Assembly (NCBI RefSeq): GCF_029335485.1
Contig: NZ_JARJLM010000036.1
Location: 31,287-63,286, forward strand
Reading direction: 5' to 3'
Origin: Cupriavidus basilensis
GTDB lineage: Bacteria; Pseudomonadota; Gammaproteobacteria; Burkholderiales; Burkholderiaceae
Length of the DNA stretch: 32,000 bases
Shown: piece by piece, positions 25,183 to 32,000 of the stretch
How positions within the stretch are numbered: position 1 is the first letter of the stretch
Layout of the letters: the number at the start of each line of letters is the position of its first letter
Notes under the pieces: model-generated
The model's database searches: none
Told to the model about the DNA's origin: nothing
The model's input: the letters and a program-made list of their open reading frames with translations, nothing else
Made by a program: the position numbers and the translations under genes

Positions 25183-25334
25183 CGACCCTTCCCAAGAAAA
25201 CCGCCCGCTGCACCAAATACGCCCAACAGAATGCACATCAACCCGACGCCGAGCACGAACTTTACGTACTGCGAATACCCTGCCACTTGAAGGCAAACAG
25301 CAAAAATCAGCAGCACGAAAGACGCAAAGATCAT
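25179..25334 (-). CDS. Unlisted 51-aa two-TM peptide (hand-translated)
   Basis: Hand translation gives MIFASFVLLIFAVCLQVAGYSQYVKFVLGVGLMCILLGVFGAAGGFLGKGR. The stop overlaps the next ATG. The Shine-Dalgarno is weak and distant. Confidence 0.35.
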   Translation of the reverse strand: MIFASFVLLIFAVCLQVAGYSQYVKFVLGVGLMCILLGVFGAAGGFLGKGR

Positions 25335-25453
25335 TTTCACTGTTAGCTCCCAATCAGATTCTTCGTTACGTAACGTTTAACAGCCATTAAATCTATTTTA
25401 TGTTACTAGTAACGAATAATCAATATCCGTTACATTTCTAACCGTAACGAAAA

Positions 25454-26605
25454 TTAGCGTCGATACCCAAACCGAGGTTTTTCCGGCTGATCGAGCGCTT
25501 CGAGATCCATCGCAGACGGTGACCGGCGATTGTCTAGCACCACGAACTGCGGCATTGGCGCGGGCTTTGCCGCTTCCGGTGGCGGAGCCGGCGCCACGAC
25601 CGGGACCGGCTGCGCAACCTGTTGCGGACGCTCCCCATCCGGATCAAACGCCATGAAAAACCCGGTCTGCACGATCTGCGCGCATTGATCCTTCTGAACC
25701 GGCAACCGCGTGCCCTGCTGCGTGTAGCAATTGCAACCGCCCTTGAACGTGACACACGCCGCAGGCACCGGCACCCGCTTTGGCTTGGTCAAGTCATCGT
25801 AAGCCGGCGCGGTGTAGTCCAGCCCAGGAATCCGCGGCGTGTACGACTGCACATACTCCGCAGTGGTCAGCGGGCGCGCACGCCGATCCCCTTCCGTGCC
25901 ATACGCAATCTGCCCGCCCTTCTGCGAACCTGCCGCCTGCGTGAGCTCAGCCTCGCCGTGCATCGGCTTGTAGACCTTGCGATAGCCCACATACCCCAAC
26001 AGCACCAGCGCGGCAATCGAGAGCGGCACAATGGCCATCACCTTGGGAGGAATCTTCCGCTTGACGGTATGCACCTCCGCAGACTTGTACAGGCCATACA
26101 CCGACTTGGGAAACTTGAAAGTGGAGCGTTGCGAATCCTTCCGTCCGGCCGGCTTGTCGCAGTTCTCCCGCACCGCATTCCACTCGTGCAAGCTCGACGC
26201 CTGCGCGCCAAACTTGCGCACCAGATGGATATGCCGACCGCACAGCCGGCGCACATTGTTGTCCAGCAACATCGGATGCTGCGTGAACAACCACAGCCGA
26301 ATCCCGCGATGACGCAATGTCTCCAACTCACTCACCCAACGCGGCACCGCTGCACCGTTGGCACGCACCCGAAACAGCTTCTGTGCCTCATCAATGAACA
26401 CCACCGAGCCATCCGGCACGTCCGGCCAGTCCTCCGGTTTTTCCAAAGGCAACCACGGCAACACAAGCTCATTGATCCCGTGATAGAACACTGCCCCCTC
26501 CTTCGCGCCCTCCTCTTCCCAAAGCTTCTTGACCGAGTGAATGCCAAAGAGGGTTTTGCCATTCCCTTGCAGACCCGTAACCAGGGTAACAACCGAGGTA
26601 CTCAT
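25454..26605 (-). CDS. Zot/pI-family filamentous phage assembly ATPase
   Basis: The ATG at 26605 overlaps the pVI-like stop (ATGA). Walker A is 'GLQGNGKT'. 'VFIDEAQ' is Walker B-like. A central TM segment and a Pro-rich C-terminus follow. Confidence 0.9.
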   Translation of the reverse strand: MSTSVVTLVTGLQGNGKTLFGIHSVKKLWEEEGAKEGAVFYHGINELVLPWLPLEKPEDWPDVPDGSVVFIDEAQKLFRVRANGAAVPRWVSELETLRHRGIRLWLFTQHPMLLDNNVRRLCGRHIHLVRKFGAQASSLHEWNAVRENCDKPAGRKDSQRSTFKFPKSVYGLYKSAEVHTVKRKIPPKVMAIVPLSIAALVLLGYVGYRKVYKPMHGEAELTQAAGSQKGGQIAYGTEGDRRARPLTTAEYVQSYTPRIPGLDYTAPAYDDLTKPKRVPVPAACVTFKGGCNCYTQQGTRLPVQKDQCAQIVQTGFFMAFDPDGERPQQVAQPVPVVAPAPPPEAAKPAPMPQFVVLDNRRSPSAMDLEALDQPEKPRFGYRR

Positions 26606-26901
26606 TTCAGCACCATCTTGGTAATTTTGTCTGAGGTCAAACCAGACAACACCAGACGCGCCGCCACCGCCGAAAAGAAGATGCTGACGCACACATCAAG
26701 CTTCACCAGCGCAAGCACCTGGACGAACTCAATCGGCAGCGCGCCCAGGTTCGACAACACCTGCGCCTTGTAAGAATCGATCAGCACCGACAAGCCACTG
26801 TAGGTCACGTAAGAAATGCTCAGCGCGATCAACACGCGCCCCACCATCGAGGCCGCAATGGACACCAACCCGCCAAGCAGAGACAGTAGAAATACCGGCA
26901 T
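26602..26901 (-). CDS. pVI-like minor coat protein (DUF2523-like)
   Basis: A 99-aa hydrophobic protein, 'MPVFLLSLLGGLVSIAASMVGRVLIALSISYVTYSG'. It sits between the pIII-like and Zot genes, with overlapping start and stop codons. Confidence 0.65.
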   Translation of the reverse strand: MPVFLLSLLGGLVSIAASMVGRVLIALSISYVTYSGLSVLIDSYKAQVLSNLGALPIEFVQVLALVKLDVCVSIFFSAVAARLVLSGLTSDKITKMVLK

Positions 26902-28298
26902 TATTTAACCCCTCCCATTACGATCTTCGCCGCACCCAACATCGAAATGGCCACGAACAGCGTGCCGATGTAGGACAGATACTGATTCAGCCGAGAGAAC
27001 GGAAACGTGATCGCCTGACCCGACACAGTGAACGTCTTGTCTTGCAACCCGCCGCTACCCGCCAAGAACGCCGACTGATCGATCGAACTACTCAACGCTA
27101 AGGTAGTCCGTTGGGTCGCATCCGCCGGATTTGACACCGTATCGTTGCCAGCAAGAATGTTCCCAGCAAGGGCACTCTGTGGGTTCGCCTTCTGGTTATC
27201 GCACCGCGTCCCATATTCCTGCTTAACCATCATGCACTGCACCGCATCACCGTTGCACACCGGCGGCGATGTGCAGTCATCCCCGCCCGATGCTTGGCTT
27301 TGATCCGTGCCCTTGCACACCTTGTCGTTCGGGTTCGTTGCGCAAAAACTGTCCTTCGGTTCCGTGGTCGAAGTTTTCGTGCCGTCCGGATTCGTCTTCG
27401 TCTGCGTGACCGACTGCACGCCATTCACGTTACTGACATTGGTCACCGTATTCGTGGTCTGAGCCGCAGCCTGAACCCCGCTCGCATCGGTGGCCTGCGT
27501 AGTCTGCGACGTGTTCTGCTGTACTGTCGAATTCGGAACGGTCCCAGCCTGGGCGCACATCCCAACGCCGTTCACCGTGCCGTAAATCAAACCACGCTTC
27601 TGGCAACTGACCAGCGACGGCGGATCGGTCGCCTTGGTCGTCGTATCGATGGTGTCGTAATTCGCCCCGCTACAGGTAGCCCCGGTCCCCATGCCGATAT
27701 CAGAGGCATAGCTCGTGCCGGACTGCACACCAACCGAGCCTCCAGGGTAGGCGCAACCCTGAATGCAGATCGTGCTCGGCAAGGACGTTGCCGTGCCCTG
27801 TACCGAAGCCCCCAGGTACTTCGACTTGACAGCAGCATCCGTACATACAGGCCCAGGCGAAGAACACTGATTCGCAAGCGGCTTCGTTGTATCCGGTGCA
27901 ACACCATTCGCGCACCAAGCCCCAAAGGTATAAACAGTCCCCTGATTGGCTGTTTGCACGAACCCATCACTATTACGCTTCATAGTGACTGAACACGCCG
28001 AGACCCCAGCCACATACCCAGGCGTGCCTTGCATAGTCCAACCAACCATTGCAGTAGCCCATGGCCCTGGCAAGACATCCGAACACACAGCCGCTTGGGA
28101 TGTGCGGATATAGGACGCATCCTTGTAGTTCACATTGTTGTAATTCAGGTAATAGCCCGTCACGGGCGCATCAGCACGAGCCTCAGAATCCCAAATCAGG
28201 CCACAGGCACACAGAGCCAAGATAATGAGACTGACACGAGCCAGGAGGCGACTTGTCCAAAGCAGCGCACCCCGAAAGCACCAACACGACCAAAACAT
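26901..28298 (-). CDS. pIII-like adsorption/minor coat protein
   Basis: GAGGGG RBS. It has a signal sequence, a Cys-rich N-terminal domain, a T/Q/N-rich low-complexity linker and a C-terminal membrane anchor ('YIGTLFVAISMLGAAKIVMGG'). Confidence 0.7.
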   Translation of the reverse strand: MFWSCWCFRGALLWTSRLLARVSLIILALCACGLIWDSEARADAPVTGYYLNYNNVNYKDASYIRTSQAAVCSDVLPGPWATAMVGWTMQGTPGYVAGVSACSVTMKRNSDGFVQTANQGTVYTFGAWCANGVAPDTTKPLANQCSSPGPVCTDAAVKSKYLGASVQGTATSLPSTICIQGCAYPGGSVGVQSGTSYASDIGMGTGATCSGANYDTIDTTTKATDPPSLVSCQKRGLIYGTVNGVGMCAQAGTVPNSTVQQNTSQTTQATDASGVQAAAQTTNTVTNVSNVNGVQSVTQTKTNPDGTKTSTTEPKDSFCATNPNDKVCKGTDQSQASGGDDCTSPPVCNGDAVQCMMVKQEYGTRCDNQKANPQSALAGNILAGNDTVSNPADATQRTTLALSSSIDQSAFLAGSGGLQDKTFTVSGQAITFPFSRLNQYLSYIGTLFVAISMLGAAKIVMGGVK

Positions 28299-28310
28299 AG
28301 ACGACCCCTC

Positions 28311-28373
28311 TCATTTGTGCGTGAACATGATCCAAGCCGCGCCAACCAGCGCCAGAATGACGAAAACACCCAT
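28311..28373 (-). CDS. Unlisted 20-aa hydrophobic peptide (pVII/pIX-like position)
   Basis: Hand translation gives MGVFVILALVGAAWIMFTHK. GAGG lies 5 nt upstream. It sits between the coat terminator and the pIII-like gene. Confidence 0.3.
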   Translation of the reverse strand: MGVFVILALVGAAWIMFTHK

Positions 28374-28384
28374 AGGAGCCTCGC

Positions 28385-28410
28385 AAAAAAAATGGGGACC
28401 ATCGGCCCCC
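28385..28410 (-). terminator. Rho-independent terminator immediately after the major coat gene
   Basis: The minus strand reads GGGGGCCGATGGTCCCC followed by T8. Filamentous phages classically have a terminator after gene VIII. Confidence 0.7.
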
Positions 28411-28437
28411 GAAAAACTAAAAGAGCCCGCTAGAGCC

Positions 28438-28626
28438 TTACAGCGCCGAACGCAGCCACTTCACAGCCTTGACCGCCAACACGATCAGGATCACACCGGC
28501 CCCGACCGTGGCCGCATCCGTCGCACCGGTGCTCAGTGCCGTGCTGACAGCCGGATCGATAGCAGCATTGGCAGCGCCAGCAGCCATCAGGGGAACCGCA
28601 TAGCCCAGCTTACGAACAAGTTTCAT
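28438..28626 (-). CDS. Major coat protein (pVIII-like)
   Basis: 62 aa. The signal peptide ends 'ANA/AIDP'. The mature part has an acidic N-terminus, a hydrophobic core 'VGAGVILIVLAV' and a basic C-terminus 'KAVKWLRSAL'. Confidence 0.8.
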   Translation of the reverse strand: MKLVRKLGYAVPLMAAGAANAAIDPAVSTALSTGATDAATVGAGVILIVLAVKAVKWLRSAL

Positions 28627-28667
28627 TTTTCCAACTCCCGAAAATGCCGGAATGCCCCGGCAGGCTC

Positions 28668-28916
28668 TCAGCTAAGCGCCGAGGTATCGTCGCCCGACGC
28701 CAGAGCGCCAAGCACTGCACGTATCGCGTACGCAACCGCCCAAACCAAGAGAATCGCCGTACCGATCGTTTGCCCATCGCCCGCTGACAACGCCAGCGGA
28801 TTGTTCAGAAACTCCGACGACGCCTGCACCACATAGGCACAGGTGCTCAAGTCAGCCGGCTGCGGGCTGACCGCAACCAAAGCACCGGAGCCGTTGACCT
28901 GAACACATAGCGCCAC
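28668..28916 (-). CDS. Small phage membrane protein (hypothetical)
   Basis: GTG start. C-terminal TM segment 'IGTAILLVWAVAYAIRAVLGAL'. It lies in the structural module upstream of the coat gene. Confidence 0.45.
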   Translation of the reverse strand: MALCVQVNGSGALVAVSPQPADLSTCAYVVQASSEFLNNPLALSAGDGQTIGTAILLVWAVAYAIRAVLGALASGDDTSALS

Positions 28917-28919
28917 GAC

Positions 28920-29162
28920 TCACCCCTCCTGCATGTCTTTCAGCAGCTCATCGACACACGCATTCAAGGCTTCGACATGCACCTCAACGTCGCAATCGCC
29001 TTGAATCAGCCCGCGCAGATACGCACACGCCTGCACAAGCTTCGGACCACCATAACGACCCACTTCCAGCAGAATCGCCAGCAGCGTCGCTATCTCGACC
29101 GGCCTGAGCGAAATCGAAAAATTCCGCTCCTGCTGATGCAAAAAATCTTGCGTATCTTCCAT
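28920..29162 (-). CDS. Phage hypothetical protein
   Basis: 80-aa ORF tightly packed in the module (3-nt and 6-nt gaps) with an AAGGG RBS. I recognise no domain. Confidence 0.45.
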   Translation of the reverse strand: MEDTQDFLHQQERNFSISLRPVEIATLLAILLEVGRYGGPKLVQACAYLRGLIQGDCDVEVHVEALNACVDELLKDMQEG

Positions 29163-29168
29163 AGCCCT

Positions 29169-29363
29169 TTAACCCCTCTCGTTGAAAACGGCCACCACGT
29201 CGAACGCTTCGTCGCAGTGATCGCTCGCGGTCTCAAATGCCTCTTCACGCGATTCGAACGTGCCCGCTTCCTTCAGGCGGTGCGTGAAGCCCACGTCCCC
29301 GGAATACGGGCACAGGAACATGCCCGAATCCACCTCCTGAACAACGAACACAACCGCGCCCAT
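29169..29363 (-). CDS. Phage hypothetical protein
   Basis: 64-aa acidic ORF starting 2 nt after the preceding gene. I recognise no domain. Confidence 0.45.
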   Translation of the reverse strand: MGAVVFVVQEVDSGMFLCPYSGDVGFTHRLKEAGTFESREEAFETASDHCDEAFDVVAVFNERG

Positions 29364-29365
29364 GG

Positions 29366-29659
29366 TTAGGCCGCCTTGATAGGCGAGAGGCTGTGCACGA
29401 TGGTCTTGGAGGTCTTGCCGTTGCTGACGATCTCCATGTCAGCCTTCGCCATGAACGGGAAAGGCAGCTTTTCGTACTTGGCGAATTCGTCGGAGGTGCC
29501 AACGTTGTATTCACCCGCCGCCATCCCCTTGGCCGTACCCTTCGACGCATCCAGCGGCGTCACGATGTACGCCTTCGTGCTGTCGTATGTCTGGCCGTTG
29601 TCCATCGCACCCTTACTCGACTTCATGCCGAGCACTTGAACTTCCGTCGTAAAACGCAT
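29366..29659 (-). CDS. Probable ssDNA-binding protein (gV-like by size and position)
   Basis: 97 aa, AGGGGAAG RBS, immediately downstream of the Rep gene. The sequence is beta-rich. The assignment is positional only. Confidence 0.5.
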   Translation of the reverse strand: MRFTTEVQVLGMKSSKGAMDNGQTYDSTKAYIVTPLDASKGTAKGMAAGEYNVGTSDEFAKYEKLPFPFMAKADMEIVSNGKTSKTIVHSLSPIKAA

Positions 29660-29679
29660 CTGACTTCCCCTAAGCGCGG

Positions 29680-30936
29680 CTATACGACCATGCCCAGCGC
29701 GCCGCTATAGTCGCTGGAGTCGAGCTTGAATTCGTTGAAAGACTTCCGGCGTTCCTGGCGATGCACAGGAGTATCCGCATAGAAGTAGTCGGGCACCTTG
29801 AGCCGCTTGGGCCAATCGCCCAGCCTGTTGCGCGTCTTCTGCACAAGCTCTTCCGCACCGAAGAAATCGGCCAACACACCGATGTACTTGCCGAACTGCG
29901 TGTTGAGCAGCTTGAGCGATGCATCCACGCTAATTTCCGCATTCTTGCGCTTGATCTCGGCCCGCTGCGGCGTCACCGTCAGATTCAGCAAGGCAAACGC
30001 CTTCTTGTACGCACCCATGAAATAGCCGCTCGGATCGACCAACACATCGAACGGAATCAGGCGCGATTTGTTCGACATTTCCACTTCGCCACGCACCCAT
30101 GGCGAGGTACTGTCACCCTGCTCCATGCCCTTCTCATACCCACGGAACATCAGGCCCGCCTTGCGCGTGCCGATATACACCGTGCGGCCCTTACCACTCG
30201 GATTCTTCCAGTCCCCCGCATGCTGGCAGCAAGGAATGGTGTACGCATTGGTAAAGAATCCATCCGTGTGCATCTGGTCAAGCTGATCCACCGTGACTTC
30301 ACCGTGAAACCAGTCATGCGCGAGATCAACACGCGTAATCACCGGACGCCTTGCCCGCGTGGTCAGGAACGTATGCAAGCGCCCTTCCCATCCTGGCTTT
30401 GCCGCGATGGTCCCCTGCCCCGCCAGCGAAATCAGAATGGTGCTGTTCTGCTTGGCTCCGCCGAAACCCACGTGCCCCCAGTTGTCGCCTAGCTCCCACG
30501 TTTCGCCGTAGAAGTCCCGGCGCTGGCCGAGGTTGCGCGTCAAGCCGAAGCCAAACACCTCTTCGAGTGCTGCGCTGGTAGCCCGCACAAACGCTTCATC
30601 GTCCACGCCATCGACCACCGGCAAGAACGTTTCTTCGCCGATCACCACCCGCAGCCCGTCGATGATGGCAACCTGACCGTTCGTCGGCACACGCACCGAT
30701 ACCACTTTCAACTCGCCAGAATCAGCCATCACGAGGCTGACATCGCTGTGGTCCGCAATCGCGAGCGCTTCTAGTTCCCCCCTATTAGTAAGGGGGGAAC
30801 TTCCGGTCCCCACCGCCGACATGGTGGGGTGTCCTTCGCTCCGCTCGGCGCTGGCGCGCGCCGCAAGCGTCGCGCCACCATCGCCGCGCTTCGCTGCGGG
30901 ACGTGCTTCCGAAACGGTCGCTTTGAGCTTGCCCAT
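29680..30936 (-). CDS. Rolling-circle replication initiator (Rep_trans / RstA-pII type)
   Basis: 'ITRVDLAHDWF' and 'GRTVYIGTRKAGLMFRGYEKG' are typical Rep_trans blocks. I chose the ATG at 30936, which has GGGGAG upstream. The listed start at 30945 is a GTG. Confidence 0.85.
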   Translation of the reverse strand: MGKLKATVSEARPAAKRGDGGATLAARASAERSEGHPTMSAVGTGSSPLTNRGELEALAIADHSDVSLVMADSGELKVVSVRVPTNGQVAIIDGLRVVIGEETFLPVVDGVDDEAFVRATSAALEEVFGFGLTRNLGQRRDFYGETWELGDNWGHVGFGGAKQNSTILISLAGQGTIAAKPGWEGRLHTFLTTRARRPVITRVDLAHDWFHGEVTVDQLDQMHTDGFFTNAYTIPCCQHAGDWKNPSGKGRTVYIGTRKAGLMFRGYEKGMEQGDSTSPWVRGEVEMSNKSRLIPFDVLVDPSGYFMGAYKKAFALLNLTVTPQRAEIKRKNAEISVDASLKLLNTQFGKYIGVLADFFGAEELVQKTRNRLGDWPKRLKVPDYFYADTPVHRQERRKSFNEFKLDSSDYSGALGMVV

Positions 30937-30938
30937 GC

Positions 30939-31112
30939 TTACCACTCCCCCATCAAGCCGCCGAGCATGAACAACTCATGACAAAGACCAACCTCAACAT
31001 CGCACCCGATTGCAATCGAATCACGACAAGCCGAAACCGTGACCTCACGCTCCCACAGCAGCCGAAGCAGGCGATCCCGATTGATTTCCATCAACAACGT
31101 GTAGGCGTCCAT
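30939..31112 (-). CDS. Small phage ORF (57 aa) ending ...LGGLMGEW
   Basis: The ATG at 31112 overlaps the preceding stop (TGATG). It is a paralogue-like partner of the upstream 40-aa ORF. Confidence 0.4.
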   Translation of the reverse strand: MDAYTLLMEINRDRLLRLLWEREVTVSACRDSIAIGCDVEVGLCHELFMLGGLMGEW

Positions 31113-31234
31113 CACCACTCCCCCATCAGGCCGCCGAGAGCGTGCAGGCAAGCCCGCGCACCAGCCCGGTTATCACCATGCTCAAGCGCGGAGCACAGGA
31201 CCGAATACAAGACATTCGCGCCAATCACTCGCAT
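31112..31234 (-). CDS. Unlisted small phage ORF (40 aa) ending ...LGGLMGEW
   Basis: Hand translation gives MRVIGANVLYSVLCSALEHGDNRAGARACLHALGGLMGEW. Both its start and its stop overlap the neighbouring ORFs. Confidence 0.3.
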   Translation of the reverse strand: MRVIGANVLYSVLCSALEHGDNRAGARACLHALGGLMGEW

Positions 31235-31440
31235 CACGCTGCCCCCTCCAACCAACTCGGACGCCGACCGCAACCATGCCCACCCGCGACCACCATCCCA
31301 AACGGCCCAGACAAGCCTTCACCGCGCAGGAGCATCTCCACTGCTGCGCAGGCGTGCGCACCATCGATCGCGTAGACCTCAAACGACCGTTGACCGGTCG
31401 GAAGCGCCACAACGATGACAAAGACCCGTTGCCCACTCAT
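31234..31440 (-). CDS. Small phage ORF (68 aa)
   Basis: ATG at 31440 (MSGQRVFVIVVALPTGQRSFEVYAIDG...). It is start/stop coupled on both sides. Confidence 0.4.
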   Translation of the reverse strand: MSGQRVFVIVVALPTGQRSFEVYAIDGAHACAAVEMLLRGEGLSGPFGMVVAGGHGCGRRPSWLEGAA

Positions 31441-31571
31441 CAGGCACCCCTCCGCACGTCCACAAGCGCCGAGGCGATGCGCGTAGCGGCCCACAGGCCC
31501 GCCCACGCACCCACAGCGGCGGCGGCACCCACGCCCGCTGCAACAGCCAGTAGCAAGCCCATTTGCGCCAT
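31440..31571 (-). CDS. Unlisted 43-aa single-TM peptide, first ORF after the operator region
   Basis: Hand translation gives MAQMGLLLAVAAGVGAAAAVGAWAGLWAATRIASALVDVRRGA. GGGG lies about 8 nt upstream. Confidence 0.3.
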   Translation of the reverse strand: MAQMGLLLAVAAGVGAAAAVGAWAGLWAATRIASALVDVRRGA

Positions 31572-31610
31572 TCGTTTACCCCTGTTCGTTTACCGACTAC
31601 ACTCCGGCCT

Positions 31611-31679
31611 GTGTAACCCGACTCTGGGTTACACAGAACTGTGTGACGTATGGCGCGAAGATTACACAGAACTGTGTAA
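31611..31679. promoter_or_regulatory. Three related operator-like palindromes between the repressor gene and the divergent phage operon
   Basis: GTGTAACCC-N6-GGGTTACAC spans 31611-31634. TTACACAGAACTGTGTGA spans 31629-31646 with one mismatch. TTACACAGAACTGTGTAA spans 31662-31679 and is a perfect 8+2+8 palindrome. Confidence 0.6.
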
Positions 31680-31700
31680 CCAACAAAAGAGGAATTTTCT

Positions 31701-32000
31701 ATGAGCTACAGTGAATTGATAGATAAGGCGCTTCATGGCCGGAGCGTCAACAGCGTGGCGAAGGCCATCGGAATGAAGCAACAGACGCTCGACAGGTACG
31801 TCAAGGGCCAGACTCTGCCCGACTACACAAGCGCGTTTTTGCTGGCCCGAGAAGCAGGCATCGACCCCCGCGAGATGTTCCTCGCGCTGGTCGAAGAAGA
31901 GGCCAAAAAGAAGGGGGTATTGGAAAAAATTTCCAAGGGTTTTGAATCGCTGCTATCGCTCGTCAAGCCGCGCCGGTATTGGGGTCCGGCGTGGCGATAG
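31701..32000 (+). CDS. XRE/Cro-CI-type HTH repressor of the prophage
   Basis: AGAGGA RBS. The HTH is 'VNSVAKAIGMKQQTLDRYVKGQTLP'. It is divergent from the phage structural and replication genes. TAG stop at 31998-32000. Confidence 0.7.
   Translation: MSYSELIDKALHGRSVNSVAKAIGMKQQTLDRYVKGQTLPDYTSAFLLAREAGIDPREMFLALVEEEAKKKGVLEKISKGFESLLSLVKPRRYWGPAWR

Larger units (their letters stand above)
24573..25448. repeat. Field of 13 GTTAC/GTAAC cores, consensus T(C/T)CGTTACG, many arranged as palindromes
   Basis: Perfect palindromes are TTCCGTTAC-C-GTAACGGAA (25027-25045), CGTTACGTAACG (25364-25375) and GTTACTAGTAAC (25402-25413). CGTTAC-N10-GTAACG spans 25428-25449. A tandem CGTTACGCGTTACG sits at 24774-24787. 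Confidence 0.7.
23671..32000 (-). mobile_element. Integrated filamentous phage (Inovirus-like prophage, XerCD/dif-type IMEX); right end lies beyond the window
   Basis: The canonical module runs on the minus strand: Rep (Rep_trans type), small ssDNA-binding-size ORF, small ORFs, major coat, pIII-like, pVI-like and Zot/pI. A divergent XRE repressor and a flanking dif-like site complete it. Confidence 0.8.

Noticed and set aside
25392-25408. TTATGTTA (8 of 11 positions of a XerD arm) in the post-zot intergenic region as an internal dif/attP half-site
   Set aside because: The would-be XerC arm 6 nt away matches dif very poorly. The 8-mer overlaps the GTTACTAGTAAC palindrome, which explains it better.
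25622-26773. 383-aa plus-strand ORF opposite zot
   Set aside because: It is an antisense shadow ORF with an Arg/His/Leu-rich translation. The minus-strand gene has a Walker A motif and inovirus synteny.
1-32000. Search for tRNA, rRNA, CRISPR arrays or a tRNA-type phage integration site
   Set aside because: No T-loop-like GGTTCGAATCC/GGTTCAAGTCC-type sequence, no regularly spaced direct repeats and no rRNA-like segment were visible. The prophage junction is dif-like instead.

Overview
High-GC window with gene content typical of a Cupriavidus/Ralstonia/Burkholderia-like betaproteobacterium (host assignment is inference). It has no rRNA, tRNA or CRISPR array.

Contents, left to right:
(1) A partial acyltransferase gene.
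(2) A bufferin-type RiPP operon on the minus strand: DUF2282 precursor, DUF692/MNIO enzyme, DUF2063 partner and DoxX. It is divergently paired with an ECF sigma factor and a DUF1109/NrsF-like anti-sigma factor. A GTAACC-N16-CGAA promoter-like motif sits upstream of the precursor gene.
(3) A small secreted Pro-rich and W/R/E-rich protein.
(4) An AT-rich patch abutting a decayed di-haem cytochrome c peroxidase remnant. It is followed by a porin, a secreted FMN-binding protein, an ApbE flavin transferase and a 4-TM His-containing membrane protein, which together look like an extracytoplasmic flavin-based electron-transfer module.
(5) A small lipoprotein and a TonB-dependent receptor with a Fur-box-like AT-rich upstream region, directly abutted by the decayed 3' end and terminal inverted repeat of a Tn3-family transposon.
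(6) A beta-propeller protein, an MFS transporter and a concanavalin-like secreted protein.
(7) A chromate resistance locus, chrB-chrA, followed by what looks like a deletion-fused chrC'-'chrE remnant.
(8) A lipoprotein plus Gly/His-rich protein pair and an isochorismatase-family hydrolase.
(9) A 28-bp dif-like XerC/XerD site. It is immediately followed by a filamentous (Inovirus-like) prophage that runs to the window end. The prophage carries Rep, ssDNA-binding protein, major coat, pIII-like, pVI-like and Zot genes, accessory genes and an XRE repressor with palindromic operators.

The most interesting items are the sigma/anti-sigma-coupled bufferin-like RiPP locus, the flavinylation module, the dif-integrated prophage with a dense TYCGTTACG iteron/palindrome field, and several gene remnants that suggest a rearrangement-prone, terminus-proximal region.

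All homology calls come from reading the translated ORFs by eye. No database search was run.
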